From a virus, in IMG/VR virus record IMGVR_UViG_3300025131_000056: DNA of 52,753 nt. One strand, given 5' to 3'. The notes beneath the pieces are model-generated. The model made no database searches. It saw only the letters and a list, made by a program, of their open reading frames with translations, and was not told where the DNA came from. Numbering within the stretch: the stretch's first letter is position 1; each line of letters opens with the position of its first letter. The translations under genes and the position numbers were made by a program. This document shows, in pieces, positions 16,487 to 25,699 of the stretch.

Positions 16487-16757
16487 AATACTAGGACTTA
16501 AATGTCCCAAGTGTAAAACAATTATATATAGTCGAGCAGTACATGATTTTCGATGGTATCCTTGTCAGGAAATTGCTGTAGACGGAGGATTTGATTACTT
16601 AAAGGGTACTTATAAATCTGCAATTCCTAAATCTGTTGAGTTTTCTCTTGACATAACCAAAGAAGATTTATATAATGATTGGAACAAACGAATAAATAAA
16701 TTTGGAATTTTAGAACCTGAAGCTCAAATAATGACAATTATAGAATTAAAGGATTAA
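16479..16757 (+). CDS. Zinc-ribbon protein (internal start of ORF 16461..16757)
   Basis: MLKILGLKCPKCKTIIYSRAVHDFRWYPC. Confidence 0.55.
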   Translation: MLKILGLKCPKCKTIIYSRAVHDFRWYPCQEIAVDGGFDYLKGTYKSAIPKSVEFSLDITKEDLYNDWNKRINKFGILEPEAQIMTIIELKD

Positions 16758-16759
16758 GT

Positions 16760-17248
16760 GTGAAAAAAATATTTCATTGTGAATGTGATCAGTTAGAACA
16801 TACATCAAGATTTACATATTATCCGGAAGATGATGAGTTATATATTGATACAACATTAATGAATCACAATTCTTTTTTTAAAAGGACTTGGATTGGACTT
16901 AAATATATATTTGGTGTTGTCCCAAATGATGTTGATTTTTTTGATTGTACATTATTATATGGTAAGAGGATTGACGACTTAATTAATACTCTTACTGAGT
17001 GGAGGAATGAAAATTTTCCTAAAGAACAAAAACCATATCTTTACAAATCAGGATTTAAAGAAGGAGAAAGGGTTGTTATTGTAAAACAATCAAATAAATA
17101 TAATCGACATATCTATCATGAAATAGGCAAAGAAGCAACGGTATTAGAATGTCCAAGCGAAGATTGGCCAGATGATGCAGTACAGATTAATATTGGTAAT
17201 GGGATTGGTGCTATAGATATCGATTGTTTAAAAAGAGTTCTTAAATAA
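16760..17248 (+). CDS. Hypothetical protein
   Basis: 162 aa ORF. Confidence 0.6.
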   Translation: MKKIFHCECDQLEHTSRFTYYPEDDELYIDTTLMNHNSFFKRTWIGLKYIFGVVPNDVDFFDCTLLYGKRIDDLINTLTEWRNENFPKEQKPYLYKSGFKEGERVVIVKQSNKYNRHIYHEIGKEATVLECPSEDWPDDAVQINIGNGIGAIDIDCLKRVLK

Positions 17249-17282
17249 AGGAGGTAATAGATAAGTAAAAATAGGTACTTAT

Positions 17283-17648
17283 GGGCCTGACCAGGTTTCG
17301 ACATTGGAGAACAGCGGTGAGGTTACAAGCAAGGGGTTTCATTGTGTCCCTTTGATTCACACATTGAATTTTATACTTGGCGAAGATACGCAACTCCCTC
17401 TAGCTGCCTAGGTAGCATATAAAGAGCGTCTTACCCTTCTCCCGTCTGATGACTAGGAGTAAGGCGTCGATGAATCAGACTGGTTGTATATTTTGTAGGT
17501 TGAATATATAATAAGAAACAAACTTAATAACTGGAACGAAGCCTGTTAATGGGCGACAATCTAGCGACAACTCAAATCATTAACTAAGCTTGTAAGCAAT
17601 ACTTTATGACTGCTCTGATGGACGGCGGTTCGATTCCGCCCAGGTCCA
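17283..17648 (+). ncRNA. ssrA: Transfer-messenger RNA (tmRNA)
   Basis: tRNA-like ends GGGCCTG/CAGGTCC with G3:U70, TTCGAC near the 5' end, T-arm GGCGG-TTCGATT-CCGCC, internal tag ORF ending LAA*; CCA not encoded. Confidence 0.92.
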
Positions 17649-17723
17649 ATTCCATAAACCATTCTGAGCGAATTCTATTAATAATTTAATATTAAGTTAG
17701 ATTATTATAGGAGGAGTTTTAGA

Positions 17724-18278
17724 ATGGTTTATGATGTGATAGAATTAGATTGTGATTTTTGTGGTAATAAGTTTAAGAAAAAATTAGCAGAGCACAAAAG
17801 AAGTTTAAAAGTTGGTAGAATATTAAAGTTTTGTGATCGAGTGTGTGCTTGTAAACATCACAATAAAATAAGACCACAGAAGGGAAATCCAAAAAATCTA
17901 AGTGCTGGAAATAGAAGAGATGAATTTACACCTTTTAGATATTATTTAAATAAGGCAAGAAATAGAGATAAGTATAAAAAAAGATTAGATCAAATGAACC
18001 TTACTCTAGAATATTTAAAAGAGTTATGGGAAAAACAAAAGGGTTGTTGTGTTTTTTCAAATAATAAATTAATTCTTCCAGAGAATTGCGAAGGCTGGAA
18101 GGATATATCTCCCCGTAGTGCTAGTCTTGATAGAATAAATAATAGTATTGGATATGTTCAAGGCAATGTAAGATATATATCTTTTATGGCAAACATAGCA
18201 AGAAGAAATTTTTCAGACAATCAAGTTATAGATTTTTGTAAAAAGGTAGCATTCAATTATTCTAATAATTCCTTTTAG
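17724..18278 (+). CDS. HNH-type endonuclease-like protein adjacent to tmRNA
   Basis: CDFCGNKFKK...FCDRVCACKHHNK zinc knuckle and C-terminal GCCVFSNNKL...SPRSASLDRINNSIGYVQGNVRYISFMAN. Confidence 0.75.
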   Translation: MVYDVIELDCDFCGNKFKKKLAEHKRSLKVGRILKFCDRVCACKHHNKIRPQKGNPKNLSAGNRRDEFTPFRYYLNKARNRDKYKKRLDQMNLTLEYLKELWEKQKGCCVFSNNKLILPENCEGWKDISPRSASLDRINNSIGYVQGNVRYISFMANIARRNFSDNQVIDFCKKVAFNYSNNSF

Positions 18279-18319
18279 GCCATCTCTTAATTGAGCGTGG
18301 CCTTTAGTTATTAGGAGGA
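18277..18319 (+). promoter_or_regulatory. Hairpin plus CCTTTAGTTATTAGGAGGA leader motif
   Basis: AGGCCA...TGGCCT stem then motif as at 6934. Confidence 0.45.
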
Positions 18320-18323
18320 AAAA

Positions 18324-18572
18324 ATGATCAGACACATTGTGCTGACTCCATATGATTTAGATAATTTTAGAATCAAACATCGTTCACAACAAGACGCAGT
18401 AGAACTATATATAAACTGGGCAGAAGAGCAAGGATGGGAGTTAGTAAGTCATAGTATAACTAAAGATTTCAATCATTATAATAAAAAACATTTTGATTTT
18501 GCGACAACATGGCATTTCTTTTTTAGAAGAAAGAAGTTGTCATTTAGAGATCCAGATTTTAGAAGGGAATAA
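18324..18572 (+). CDS. Hypothetical protein
   Basis: 82 aa ORF, RBS AGGAGG. Confidence 0.6.
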   Translation: MIRHIVLTPYDLDNFRIKHRSQQDAVELYINWAEEQGWELVSHSITKDFNHYNKKHFDFATTWHFFFRRKKLSFRDPDFRRE

Positions 18573-18576
18573 AAAA

Positions 18577-18810
18577 ATGAAAACCATTAAAGTAGAATTT
18601 GGTATTTGGGCAAGCAATGGGCAAGATGGAAGTGTGAGTATATATCTTCTTAAAGATCCAGATAAGATTGAAGAATTTTTAGATGAACAAGATGTTGATC
18701 AAAGATTTAGTGAAGATATAAAAACATTTACGTTAAAAATTAATCCCAAAACAGGTAAAGTTATTGGTGATTTTGAAGATGAAAATATTAAAGAAGTTTA
18801 TGAGGATTAA
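18577..18810 (+). CDS. Hypothetical protein (internal start)
   Basis: MKTIKVEFGIWASNGQDGSVSIYLL... Confidence 0.5.
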   Translation: MKTIKVEFGIWASNGQDGSVSIYLLKDPDKIEEFLDEQDVDQRFSEDIKTFTLKINPKTGKVIGDFEDENIKEVYED

Positions 18811-18814
18811 ATAA

Positions 18815-19024
18815 ATGAAAGAAAGAAGAACAATAAATACATTTCTTGGAAGCACAGAATTTACTTATACATTTAATTCTGATTATTCGGGAAATTTAGA
18901 AGTAAATATATTTAATACAGATGGAATTGCCACTATGTATATTCCGCTAAGAGATATCTTTTTAATCTCCAAAGATTATTTTATAGCAAAAATTGGCAGT
19001 GTATTATTTGGAGATATAAAATGA
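18815..19024 (+). CDS. Hypothetical protein
   Basis: 69 aa ORF. Confidence 0.5.
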   Translation: MKERRTINTFLGSTEFTYTFNSDYSGNLEVNIFNTDGIATMYIPLRDIFLISKDYFIAKIGSVLFGDIK

Positions 19025-19416
19025 AAATAGATGAAGAATATTTTGATGAATTACTAAAGTCAAGGCCATTTCATAAAACATATTCAAATTATAAAAAACT
19101 TTTAAATATGGATAAGACCGCCAATTGTAAGGCGAAAGTGAAACCAGGAGATGTTGTTCAGACTTTTGCAGGAGAAGTTAAAGTTGGTATAGTAGTAGAT
19201 TTAACAATTGTAGAAAAACATACTGGATTAGAAATGGATCGAATGAAGTATGTTTATGTTAATATAGATGGAACTATTAAGGCTCTTAATCCAGACCTTG
19301 TAGATAGGCTAGCAGAAAAACATAGACCAAAAGAAATTTGTAATAAGTGCGGGAGTCCACTAAAAGAAATATTTTTATTTACATCGTCAGCAAAAGGATG
19401 TCCAAATTGTGGGTGA
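19021..19416 (+). CDS. Hypothetical protein with C-terminal zinc ribbon
   Basis: CNKCGSPLKE...GCPNCG. Confidence 0.55.
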   Translation: MKIDEEYFDELLKSRPFHKTYSNYKKLLNMDKTANCKAKVKPGDVVQTFAGEVKVGIVVDLTIVEKHTGLEMDRMKYVYVNIDGTIKALNPDLVDRLAEKHRPKEICNKCGSPLKEIFLFTSSAKGCPNCG

Positions 19417-19456
19417 AAAATATAAAGTAAATTATTATTAATAAGAGAAAAATAAA

Positions 19457-19933
19457 ATGCTAAAAATCATGCGTGAATTTTTTATTGATACATTTTATGA
19501 TAATATGTATCACTTATCTGACAAATATAAAAAAGCTGCGGCCACTATATCAGTAATAATTACAGTACTTGGTTCTATTACATTAGGAACAATAGTGATT
19601 TTCACAGACTTAGCAAAGGCAGGTTGTGCCATTTCAATTCCATTTTTTAGCTTAATGGGTACAGGAATTTGTGGCCTAGGTTTAGGATTGCTATCAATAG
19701 TGTTTCTCGGACTTATCACTCATATAGGACTTGCGGCTATACCAGAGTGGATAATTAATGAAAGAAAAAATTGGAAGAATGGAAAAAGAACTACTCTTAT
19801 TAATAAAGCAAAAATAATAACTGATTGGTTTAAAACAAATTGGAAAACAATATTAATAGTTATAGCTTGTATCATAGCAATTATGCTATCTTCATATCTC
19901 CTAGGATATTTTGCTTGGTTAATTGCCTGTTAG
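19457..19933 (+). CDS. Integral membrane protein
   Basis: Several hydrophobic helices. Confidence 0.6.
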   Translation: MLKIMREFFIDTFYDNMYHLSDKYKKAAATISVIITVLGSITLGTIVIFTDLAKAGCAISIPFFSLMGTGICGLGLGLLSIVFLGLITHIGLAAIPEWIINERKNWKNGKRTTLINKAKIITDWFKTNWKTILIVIACIIAIMLSSYLLGYFAWLIAC

Positions 19934-19940
19934 GAAAAAC

Positions 19941-20666
19941 ATGGATAAGTATATAGATTGTCAAGAATGTAATGGAACTGGGATATGTAAAAGATGTAAT
20001 GGGGATGGAGCCGAGCCATATTATGGATATGATTGTATTGAGTGTGACTTAGATAGCAGATGTCAAGTATGTAATGGTAGAGGAACTGATCCCCGAATAA
20101 TTAGAACAGATATTGGAACAGTTGGCATTAGTAAGTTTGTTGCGAGACAAACGGCAGAGTCGCGTTTTTCATATTATGATGATTCTATAGATATATTACA
20201 ATTAATAAGAGATTATATTGACACAAAGGTGTCGAAATATCGTCCAGATATTCTTGGAATTATTGTTCCGCCAGAAGGATTTTTCTCTTCGATTGTTGAG
20301 ATGAAAGAGGGTGACAAATTAGTGGGGAAATTTGTTGCTCGAAAAGAGGGAGAAGATCCTAGAACGCAGATTGGAGTTGTTGGTGGAGAAAAAATACCTG
20401 CCAAGTTTGTAGAAGTTATTCTTTATTCTAGAGAAGCATTAGCGGAGGGAAGTGAAAACAGCCTGGATGTTGACTGGGAAATTATTTCAATTAATGCTTC
20501 TCCTGTTGAGAACGAAAATGTTCCATTGCGTCCAATGACTTTAGTTTCAAATCATTTTGAATTAAGTGGTGGAACTGCAACTAATATGTCTGAAACAGAA
20601 TTTATTGTGGCATTAAAAGAATCTATGGATTTCTGGAAAAATAAAGGGCTGGTGGCAGATGTCTAA
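19941..20666 (+). CDS. Protein with DnaJ-type CxxCxGxG zinc-finger region
   Basis: CQECNGTGICKRCNGDG...CIECDLDSRCQVCNGRG. Confidence 0.7.
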   Translation: MDKYIDCQECNGTGICKRCNGDGAEPYYGYDCIECDLDSRCQVCNGRGTDPRIIRTDIGTVGISKFVARQTAESRFSYYDDSIDILQLIRDYIDTKVSKYRPDILGIIVPPEGFFSSIVEMKEGDKLVGKFVARKEGEDPRTQIGVVGGEKIPAKFVEVILYSREALAEGSENSLDVDWEIISINASPVENENVPLRPMTLVSNHFELSGGTATNMSETEFIVALKESMDFWKNKGLVADV

Positions 20667-20832
20667 AATAAAAGATATAATTGGAAAAGACAAATATAAT
20701 GATATTTTACGAGAAGCATCTTGGTGGTTACCGCATGATGTTCGTGAACATTTAGAAATAACTACTAAAGTATTATTCGATGCACTTACTAGTGAATGCC
20801 CAAAACTTTTTAATAAGGAATATAAAATTTAA
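20659..20832 (+). CDS. Small hypothetical protein
   Basis: MSKIKDIIGKDKYNDILREASWWLPHDVREHLEITTKVLF... Confidence 0.5.
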   Translation: MSKIKDIIGKDKYNDILREASWWLPHDVREHLEITTKVLFDALTSECPKLFNKEYKI

Positions 20833-20833
20833 A

Positions 20834-21253
20834 ATGGATCATAGAGATATACAATCAAGAACTTCCCATTGGTATGATAGCTTTAATGAGAATCAAATGT
20901 TAGCCACAATAGATGAATTAGAAGTAAATGATGAAATTATAGATGTTTCAGTTTCATGTATTTTCCAAGTTTGTCCAACTTGTGATGGAAAGGGTCATCA
21001 TGTTAATCCATCTATAGACTCAAATGGAATAACTGCTGAAGAGTGGAATAGAGATTGGAGTCATGAAGATCGTGAAAATTATATAACTGGATTCTATGAT
21101 ATTGACTGTTATGAATGTTGTGGAAAAAGAGTTGTTCCTATTCCAGACAAATATACGAATAAACCAGAAATATTAAAAGCTATAGAAGATGCTGAACATG
21201 CTGAGTATATATATGCTTGTGAGAGAATAAGAGAAGTAGAAATGGGATATTAA
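20834..21253 (+). CDS. Protein with DnaJ-like zinc-finger half motif
   Basis: CPTCDGKGH...CYECCGKR; internal start of ORF 20780..21253. Confidence 0.5.
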   Translation: MDHRDIQSRTSHWYDSFNENQMLATIDELEVNDEIIDVSVSCIFQVCPTCDGKGHHVNPSIDSNGITAEEWNRDWSHEDRENYITGFYDIDCYECCGKRVVPIPDKYTNKPEILKAIEDAEHAEYIYACERIREVEMGY

Positions 21254-21483
21254 TGGAACTTTTAACAATAGTATTTGTTGTTTTTATATTTTCATTTATG
21301 TTATTAATATTACACAACATAAGGGAAGCAAGAAAAAACTTGAATAGTCATTTAAAATCAATAAGAAGAATACGTAAGAATATAAAATTATCAGAAGATA
21401 GAGCAGATGAAATTACAAAGACTACAACTTACGATTCTCATTCGGAATCTGGTAGTGGTTGGGATGATCAAGAGGTGAAATAA
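21253..21483 (+). CDS. Small membrane protein
   Basis: N-terminal TM helix. Confidence 0.5.
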   Translation: MELLTIVFVVFIFSFMLLILHNIREARKNLNSHLKSIRRIRKNIKLSEDRADEITKTTTYDSHSESGSGWDDQEVK

Positions 21484-21809
21484 TGACCAAATTTGAAAGA
21501 AAAAAGTTTTCTGAATATTATGGTAGTAAAAAATATTGTGATGGATGGGAAAGAATATTCGGAAATAAAAACAAAGATAAGATGGAAGATGAATCAACAG
21601 AACATTATAACGCATGTAATACTAATTTTGACGGTTCATGTGACTGTGGACTAATTGAACAAGCTGATCCTGAAGCAAAGGAAAAATGTTCCAATTGTCA
21701 TTTTAGCACAAATCAAAGTTTATATCCTGATAAGCTGATGTGTGCTTACATTGGCACTTCATGCCCGAAAGATTATTGTTGTCAAAATTATAAAATAAAG
21801 AAGGAATAA
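21483..21809 (+). CDS. Cysteine-rich hypothetical protein
   Basis: CSNCHFS...CCQNYK. Confidence 0.5.
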   Translation: MTKFERKKFSEYYGSKKYCDGWERIFGNKNKDKMEDESTEHYNACNTNFDGSCDCGLIEQADPEAKEKCSNCHFSTNQSLYPDKLMCAYIGTSCPKDYCCQNYKIKKE

Positions 21810-22568
21810 ATGGGTTTACCAAGCAGAATGAAAGAATATGAGAGAACTGTAGATATTCATCTCATAAAGAAATTGCCTGTTATAATTCGCCTAGATGGAA
21901 AAGCATTTCATACTTTTTGTCGTGGATTAAAAAAGCCTTGGGACCAGAGATTAAATGATATTATGGTTAATACAACTATCACATTATGTAAAGAAATTCA
22001 AGGTGCTCAAATTGGTTATACTCAGTCAGATGAGATAACAATTTTAATAACTGATTTTGAAAATCTTCGCACTGAAGCATGGTTTAATTATCGTCTACAA
22101 AAAATAATATCTGTGTCTGCTTCAATTGCCACTGAGGCTTTTGTAAAAGGCGTTAAGAGTTTTTTGCCTGATAAGTATTATCAGGCTATGAGATTTGATT
22201 CCAGAGCTAACAATATGCCCAATATAGCAGAAGTTTTAAATAACTTTCTTTGGCGACAAAGAGATGCAATAAAAAATAGCAAACAATCACTGGGGCAATC
22301 TCTCTACTCTCACCGAGAATTACAAGAGAAAAATGCAGATGTAATTGTAGAAATGGCCTCTAAAGATTACAATATAAATTGGAATGATTTGCCCAATCCT
22401 CAGAAATGGGGAACAATGGTTGTAAAAAGAAATAAAAAACTATTGACTCCAGAAGGCTCTTCATATGTAAGAACATGTTGGGAAGGTGATAAAGAAACTC
22501 CAGGCCCGGAAGAAATTAAAAAATATATTTTAGAATATACAAATTTAGAAAAAGCAAATGTTTATTAA
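21810..22568 (+). CDS. thg1: Thg1-like tRNA(His) guanylyltransferase / 3'-5' polymerase
   Basis: IIRLDGKAFHTFCRGLKKPWD, GYTQSDEITIL, FDSRANNMP, WRQRDAIKNS hallmark motifs. Confidence 0.92.
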   Translation: MGLPSRMKEYERTVDIHLIKKLPVIIRLDGKAFHTFCRGLKKPWDQRLNDIMVNTTITLCKEIQGAQIGYTQSDEITILITDFENLRTEAWFNYRLQKIISVSASIATEAFVKGVKSFLPDKYYQAMRFDSRANNMPNIAEVLNNFLWRQRDAIKNSKQSLGQSLYSHRELQEKNADVIVEMASKDYNINWNDLPNPQKWGTMVVKRNKKLLTPEGSSYVRTCWEGDKETPGPEEIKKYILEYTNLEKANVY

Positions 22569-22860
22569 CTTAATTTTTCCCAAAGGTTCATATGTATTAG
22601 AAAATAATTGGTTGGGGAATCAGATAAAAGAAAGAGGATTAGGATGTCTTAAGTTTATAAGAAAAGGAAGAGTAAAAATGATAGTTGACAATGTTATAAT
22701 ACCAGTTAGATCATTTGAGCTATTATCTTTATTAGAGATTTCAGATCCCGGAGGATATTCCCTATCAAAGTATCCTCCGGAACATAAAAAAACTTTATTA
22801 GAAAGATCACAAGATACATTAGAAGAGTTAAAAAAAATAAAGTTACCGGAGTTAGATTGA
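22558..22860 (+). CDS. Hypothetical protein
   Basis: 100 aa ORF. Confidence 0.5.
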   Translation: MFINLIFPKGSYVLENNWLGNQIKERGLGCLKFIRKGRVKMIVDNVIIPVRSFELLSLLEISDPGGYSLSKYPPEHKKTLLERSQDTLEELKKIKLPELD

Positions 22861-23258
22861 TGACTGTTAGAGAAAAATATTTACCCAGATTAAATATACC
22901 AGAAATTTCAAATGGCTCTCCAATGGAATTTAAAACTACATACGGATTGTTAATTGCTAATGGATATATTAGAGTTGTCATAGGAGAAAGAGGCCCGTAT
23001 ATAGAATTTGCTCCAGAACAAATTGTACATAGAAATATATTTGTTCCCAAGAAAGAAAAGAGGCGATTGGAAAATAATATTTATTATTATGACGAATATC
23101 GTTCTAAAGATGACTCCTTAGTTAAACTTTATTTACAAAAGAGAACAGTTAAGTACGCAGATTACAAATGTGGACTTTGGTATATATCACCATTTGAAAT
23201 AACTAATGATAAAATTAAAACTATAATAAAGCCATTAAAGAAGATAGCTAATGTATGA
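22857..23258 (+). CDS. Hypothetical protein
   Basis: 133 aa ORF. Confidence 0.55.
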   Translation: MMTVREKYLPRLNIPEISNGSPMEFKTTYGLLIANGYIRVVIGERGPYIEFAPEQIVHRNIFVPKKEKRRLENNIYYYDEYRSKDDSLVKLYLQKRTVKYADYKCGLWYISPFEITNDKIKTIIKPLKKIANV

Positions 23259-23700
23259 TGAGTATGATAAGGAATTAAGAGCAAAATATCCAATGTTATA
23301 TACTGACATTGAATGTACAAGCTGTGGAAAATTAATGGCCTTATCGAATGCTATTCGCAAAGACTATCAATATTTATGTTTTACTTGTAATTGGAGAGAA
23401 GAAATGCCAGAAGAAAAATTCTGTTTAACATGTCCAAATATTATCGAAGATGAAAGAGATTTTTGTCCAAGTTGTGGTCCAATTAATGATGCCGAAAAGA
23501 AAACTCCAGAAATGGAATCTTTTTTAAATAAGGTGGCTGGATCTATGTTTGGAAGGACAAGAGACGAGGCGAATAAAAATAAAGTCTGTGTCATGTGTGG
23601 AAATGATGCCTCTAAGTTTACTGATTTATTGAGTGAAAAGGAATATAAAATTAGTCATCTTTGTCAAAGTTGCCAAGACAAAACTTTTCATAGTGAGTAA
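23251..23700 (+). CDS. Protein with several zinc ribbons
   Basis: CTSCGK, CFTCNW, CPNC/CPSCG, CVMCGN, CQSCQ. Confidence 0.6.
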   Translation: MYDEYDKELRAKYPMLYTDIECTSCGKLMALSNAIRKDYQYLCFTCNWREEMPEEKFCLTCPNIIEDERDFCPSCGPINDAEKKTPEMESFLNKVAGSMFGRTRDEANKNKVCVMCGNDASKFTDLLSEKEYKISHLCQSCQDKTFHSE

Positions 23701-23720
23701 AAATAATTAAGGAAGTTGCT

Positions 23721-24878
23721 ATGCTAGTAAAAAGAAAAGACGGAATGTACTTGGATATTTCCAAGATAAGCCAAGATGAATTTAGAATAAATGAAGAAAA
23801 TGGTCTTATATTTGTTGGCCCTAAGAAAAATAAATGGACATGGGTTAAAGAAGAGCGATGGCTGAGATCTATAATTCTAAACTCCGAAGGCAAAGTTGTC
23901 TCTTCTGGCTGGCCCAAATTTGGAAATTACGGTGAGTTCTTAGATGAAACCGAAGTTTTAAATATAGCACTTAAAAATAATAGTTCAGTAAAATTTAGTC
24001 ATAAAGAAGATGGTAGTTTATGCATACGTTCTATCATAGATAATAATTTAGTGCTGAGGACTAGAGGAACTATGCTTGGACAATTTGCCATGAATGATGA
24101 GGGTCCGACATTCTACGAAAAATTTTACACGGCAATAGAAGATAAATATCCAAAGCTATTAGATTTAAATTTTTACTCAGATCTTTCTTTATTATTTGAA
24201 TATGTTTCTCCCACAAATAGGATTGTATTAAAATATGAAGATACTGATTTGATTTTTATAGGAGCTATTAAGCACTCTGATCTCACACTAATTACTTGGG
24301 AGAAACTAGTTAAGATAGCGAAAGAAGGAAAGTTAAATCTCGTTAAGTTACATACGCTTCCAACAGATCCAAAAGAATTAGTTAAGACAGTACATAAAGG
24401 ATGGGTTGATAAAGAGGGCATAGTTGCTAGATGTAATAATGATCAAGTGATGGTTAAAATAAAATCGGAAGATTATTTGGCCAAGCATCGTACAAAAGCA
24501 ACAATGAATTATGACGCAGCTTCAATTATCATTCGTAATGAAGAAATTATAACCCCAGAAGATATGGATAGGTATTGTCAAGATAAAGATTTTGATTGGG
24601 AGCTAGGGCAAGACATGCTTCGATATCTGAAAGAATATAAAGAAGCTGTTAGGGTTGCCGATTTGTTAATTAAGAAAGCTGTTTCTCTTGTAAAAGAATT
24701 TAAAGAGGAATATCCTGAAGTGCCAGAGGGAAAGATAAGGAAGAAGAAATTTGCCATTTTTATAAGATCAGAAAAAAGACATGTTAAGTCAGTATGTTTT
24801 TCATTATTTGATGGAAAAGAATTAGACGGATTTATGGATAAGTTAATCAAAAACAAAGGAGTCGGTTATGAAATTTAA
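23721..24878 (+). CDS. T4 Rnl1-like RNA ligase
   Basis: Motif I FSHKEDGSLCIR, LLFEYVSPTNRIVL, motif IV DKEGIVARC, motif V VMVKIKSEDYLAKH. Confidence 0.85.
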   Translation: MLVKRKDGMYLDISKISQDEFRINEENGLIFVGPKKNKWTWVKEERWLRSIILNSEGKVVSSGWPKFGNYGEFLDETEVLNIALKNNSSVKFSHKEDGSLCIRSIIDNNLVLRTRGTMLGQFAMNDEGPTFYEKFYTAIEDKYPKLLDLNFYSDLSLLFEYVSPTNRIVLKYEDTDLIFIGAIKHSDLTLITWEKLVKIAKEGKLNLVKLHTLPTDPKELVKTVHKGWVDKEGIVARCNNDQVMVKIKSEDYLAKHRTKATMNYDAASIIIRNEEIITPEDMDRYCQDKDFDWELGQDMLRYLKEYKEAVRVADLLIKKAVSLVKEFKEEYPEVPEGKIRKKKFAIFIRSEKRHVKSVCFSLFDGKELDGFMDKLIKNKGVGYEI

Positions 24879-25041
24879 TGCTCAACTAATGAAGTTTAGT
24901 AACAGGAGAGCTGTGTTAATTTGTAAGATGCTAGAAAAGAAAAACCTAAATGTTTCAGAAGACAATGAGCTTAGAACCCTTAATAAACAAATCATGGGAA
25001 TCTACAAAAAAGAAGGCGTGAGATTCCCGCATGATAGATGA
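24868..25041 (+). CDS. Small hypothetical protein
   Basis: MKFNAQLMKFSNRRAVLICKMLEKKNLNVSEDNELRTLNKQIMGIYKKEGVRFPHDR*. Confidence 0.5.
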   Translation: MKFNAQLMKFSNRRAVLICKMLEKKNLNVSEDNELRTLNKQIMGIYKKEGVRFPHDR

Positions 25042-25439
25042 TTCGTGATAAGCGTATGCTTGGATATGCTTATGCTTTGACTTTCAAATCAGAGCATAAG
25101 ATACCTGTAGCTGCGATATTAAGCAGAGGTAATTCTATAATTGGCCAATCTACAAATGTTATTAAAACACATCCATTACAAAAAAATCAATATATGAGAG
25201 AAGATTATTCTAAATCTCATGCTCTTTCAACACATGCCGAAGTTATGCTTTTAGGTAATTTAAAATATAGTAAAAAGCATACATTGTATATATGTAGAAG
25301 AAGGAAAGATGGGTTTTTGGGGATGGCAAAACCTTGTCCAGTTTGTATGGATGTTGTAGAAAAATCAGGAGTGGGCAAAGTAGTTTATTCAATATCTGGG
25401 AATATAAAAAATCCCCATTATGGAGTGATGTACATATGA
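25038..25439 (+). CDS. Cytidine/deoxycytidylate deaminase-fold protein
   Basis: STHAEVMLL...AKPCPVCMDVV HAE and PCxxC. Confidence 0.8.
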   Translation: MIRDKRMLGYAYALTFKSEHKIPVAAILSRGNSIIGQSTNVIKTHPLQKNQYMREDYSKSHALSTHAEVMLLGNLKYSKKHTLYICRRRKDGFLGMAKPCPVCMDVVEKSGVGKVVYSISGNIKNPHYGVMYI

Positions 25440-25699
25440 CATTAGCATTTATATTGTTATTAATTGGTATAGGGATTCTTAGAATAGAGGGTACATTGGG
25501 GTTTATATTTGGAGCAGGTTTTGTTATCTTGGCATTTATTTTATCTCTAAATGTCGCAATTGTTAACCCCGACAAAGTTCCTCATAAAAAAAATATTGCA
25601 AAAGTTTCTAAAACTACTAAGAAAGTAGTTAAGCAAATTAAAGATGAAATAGATGACAAGAAGGAATCTTCTAAGATAGATCGAAAGGCAAATAAATGA
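25436..25699 (+). CDS. Small membrane protein (internal start)
   Basis: MTLAFILLLIGIGILRIEGTLGFIFGAG... Confidence 0.5.
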   Translation: MTLAFILLLIGIGILRIEGTLGFIFGAGFVILAFILSLNVAIVNPDKVPHKKNIAKVSKTTKKVVKQIKDEIDDKKESSKIDRKANK

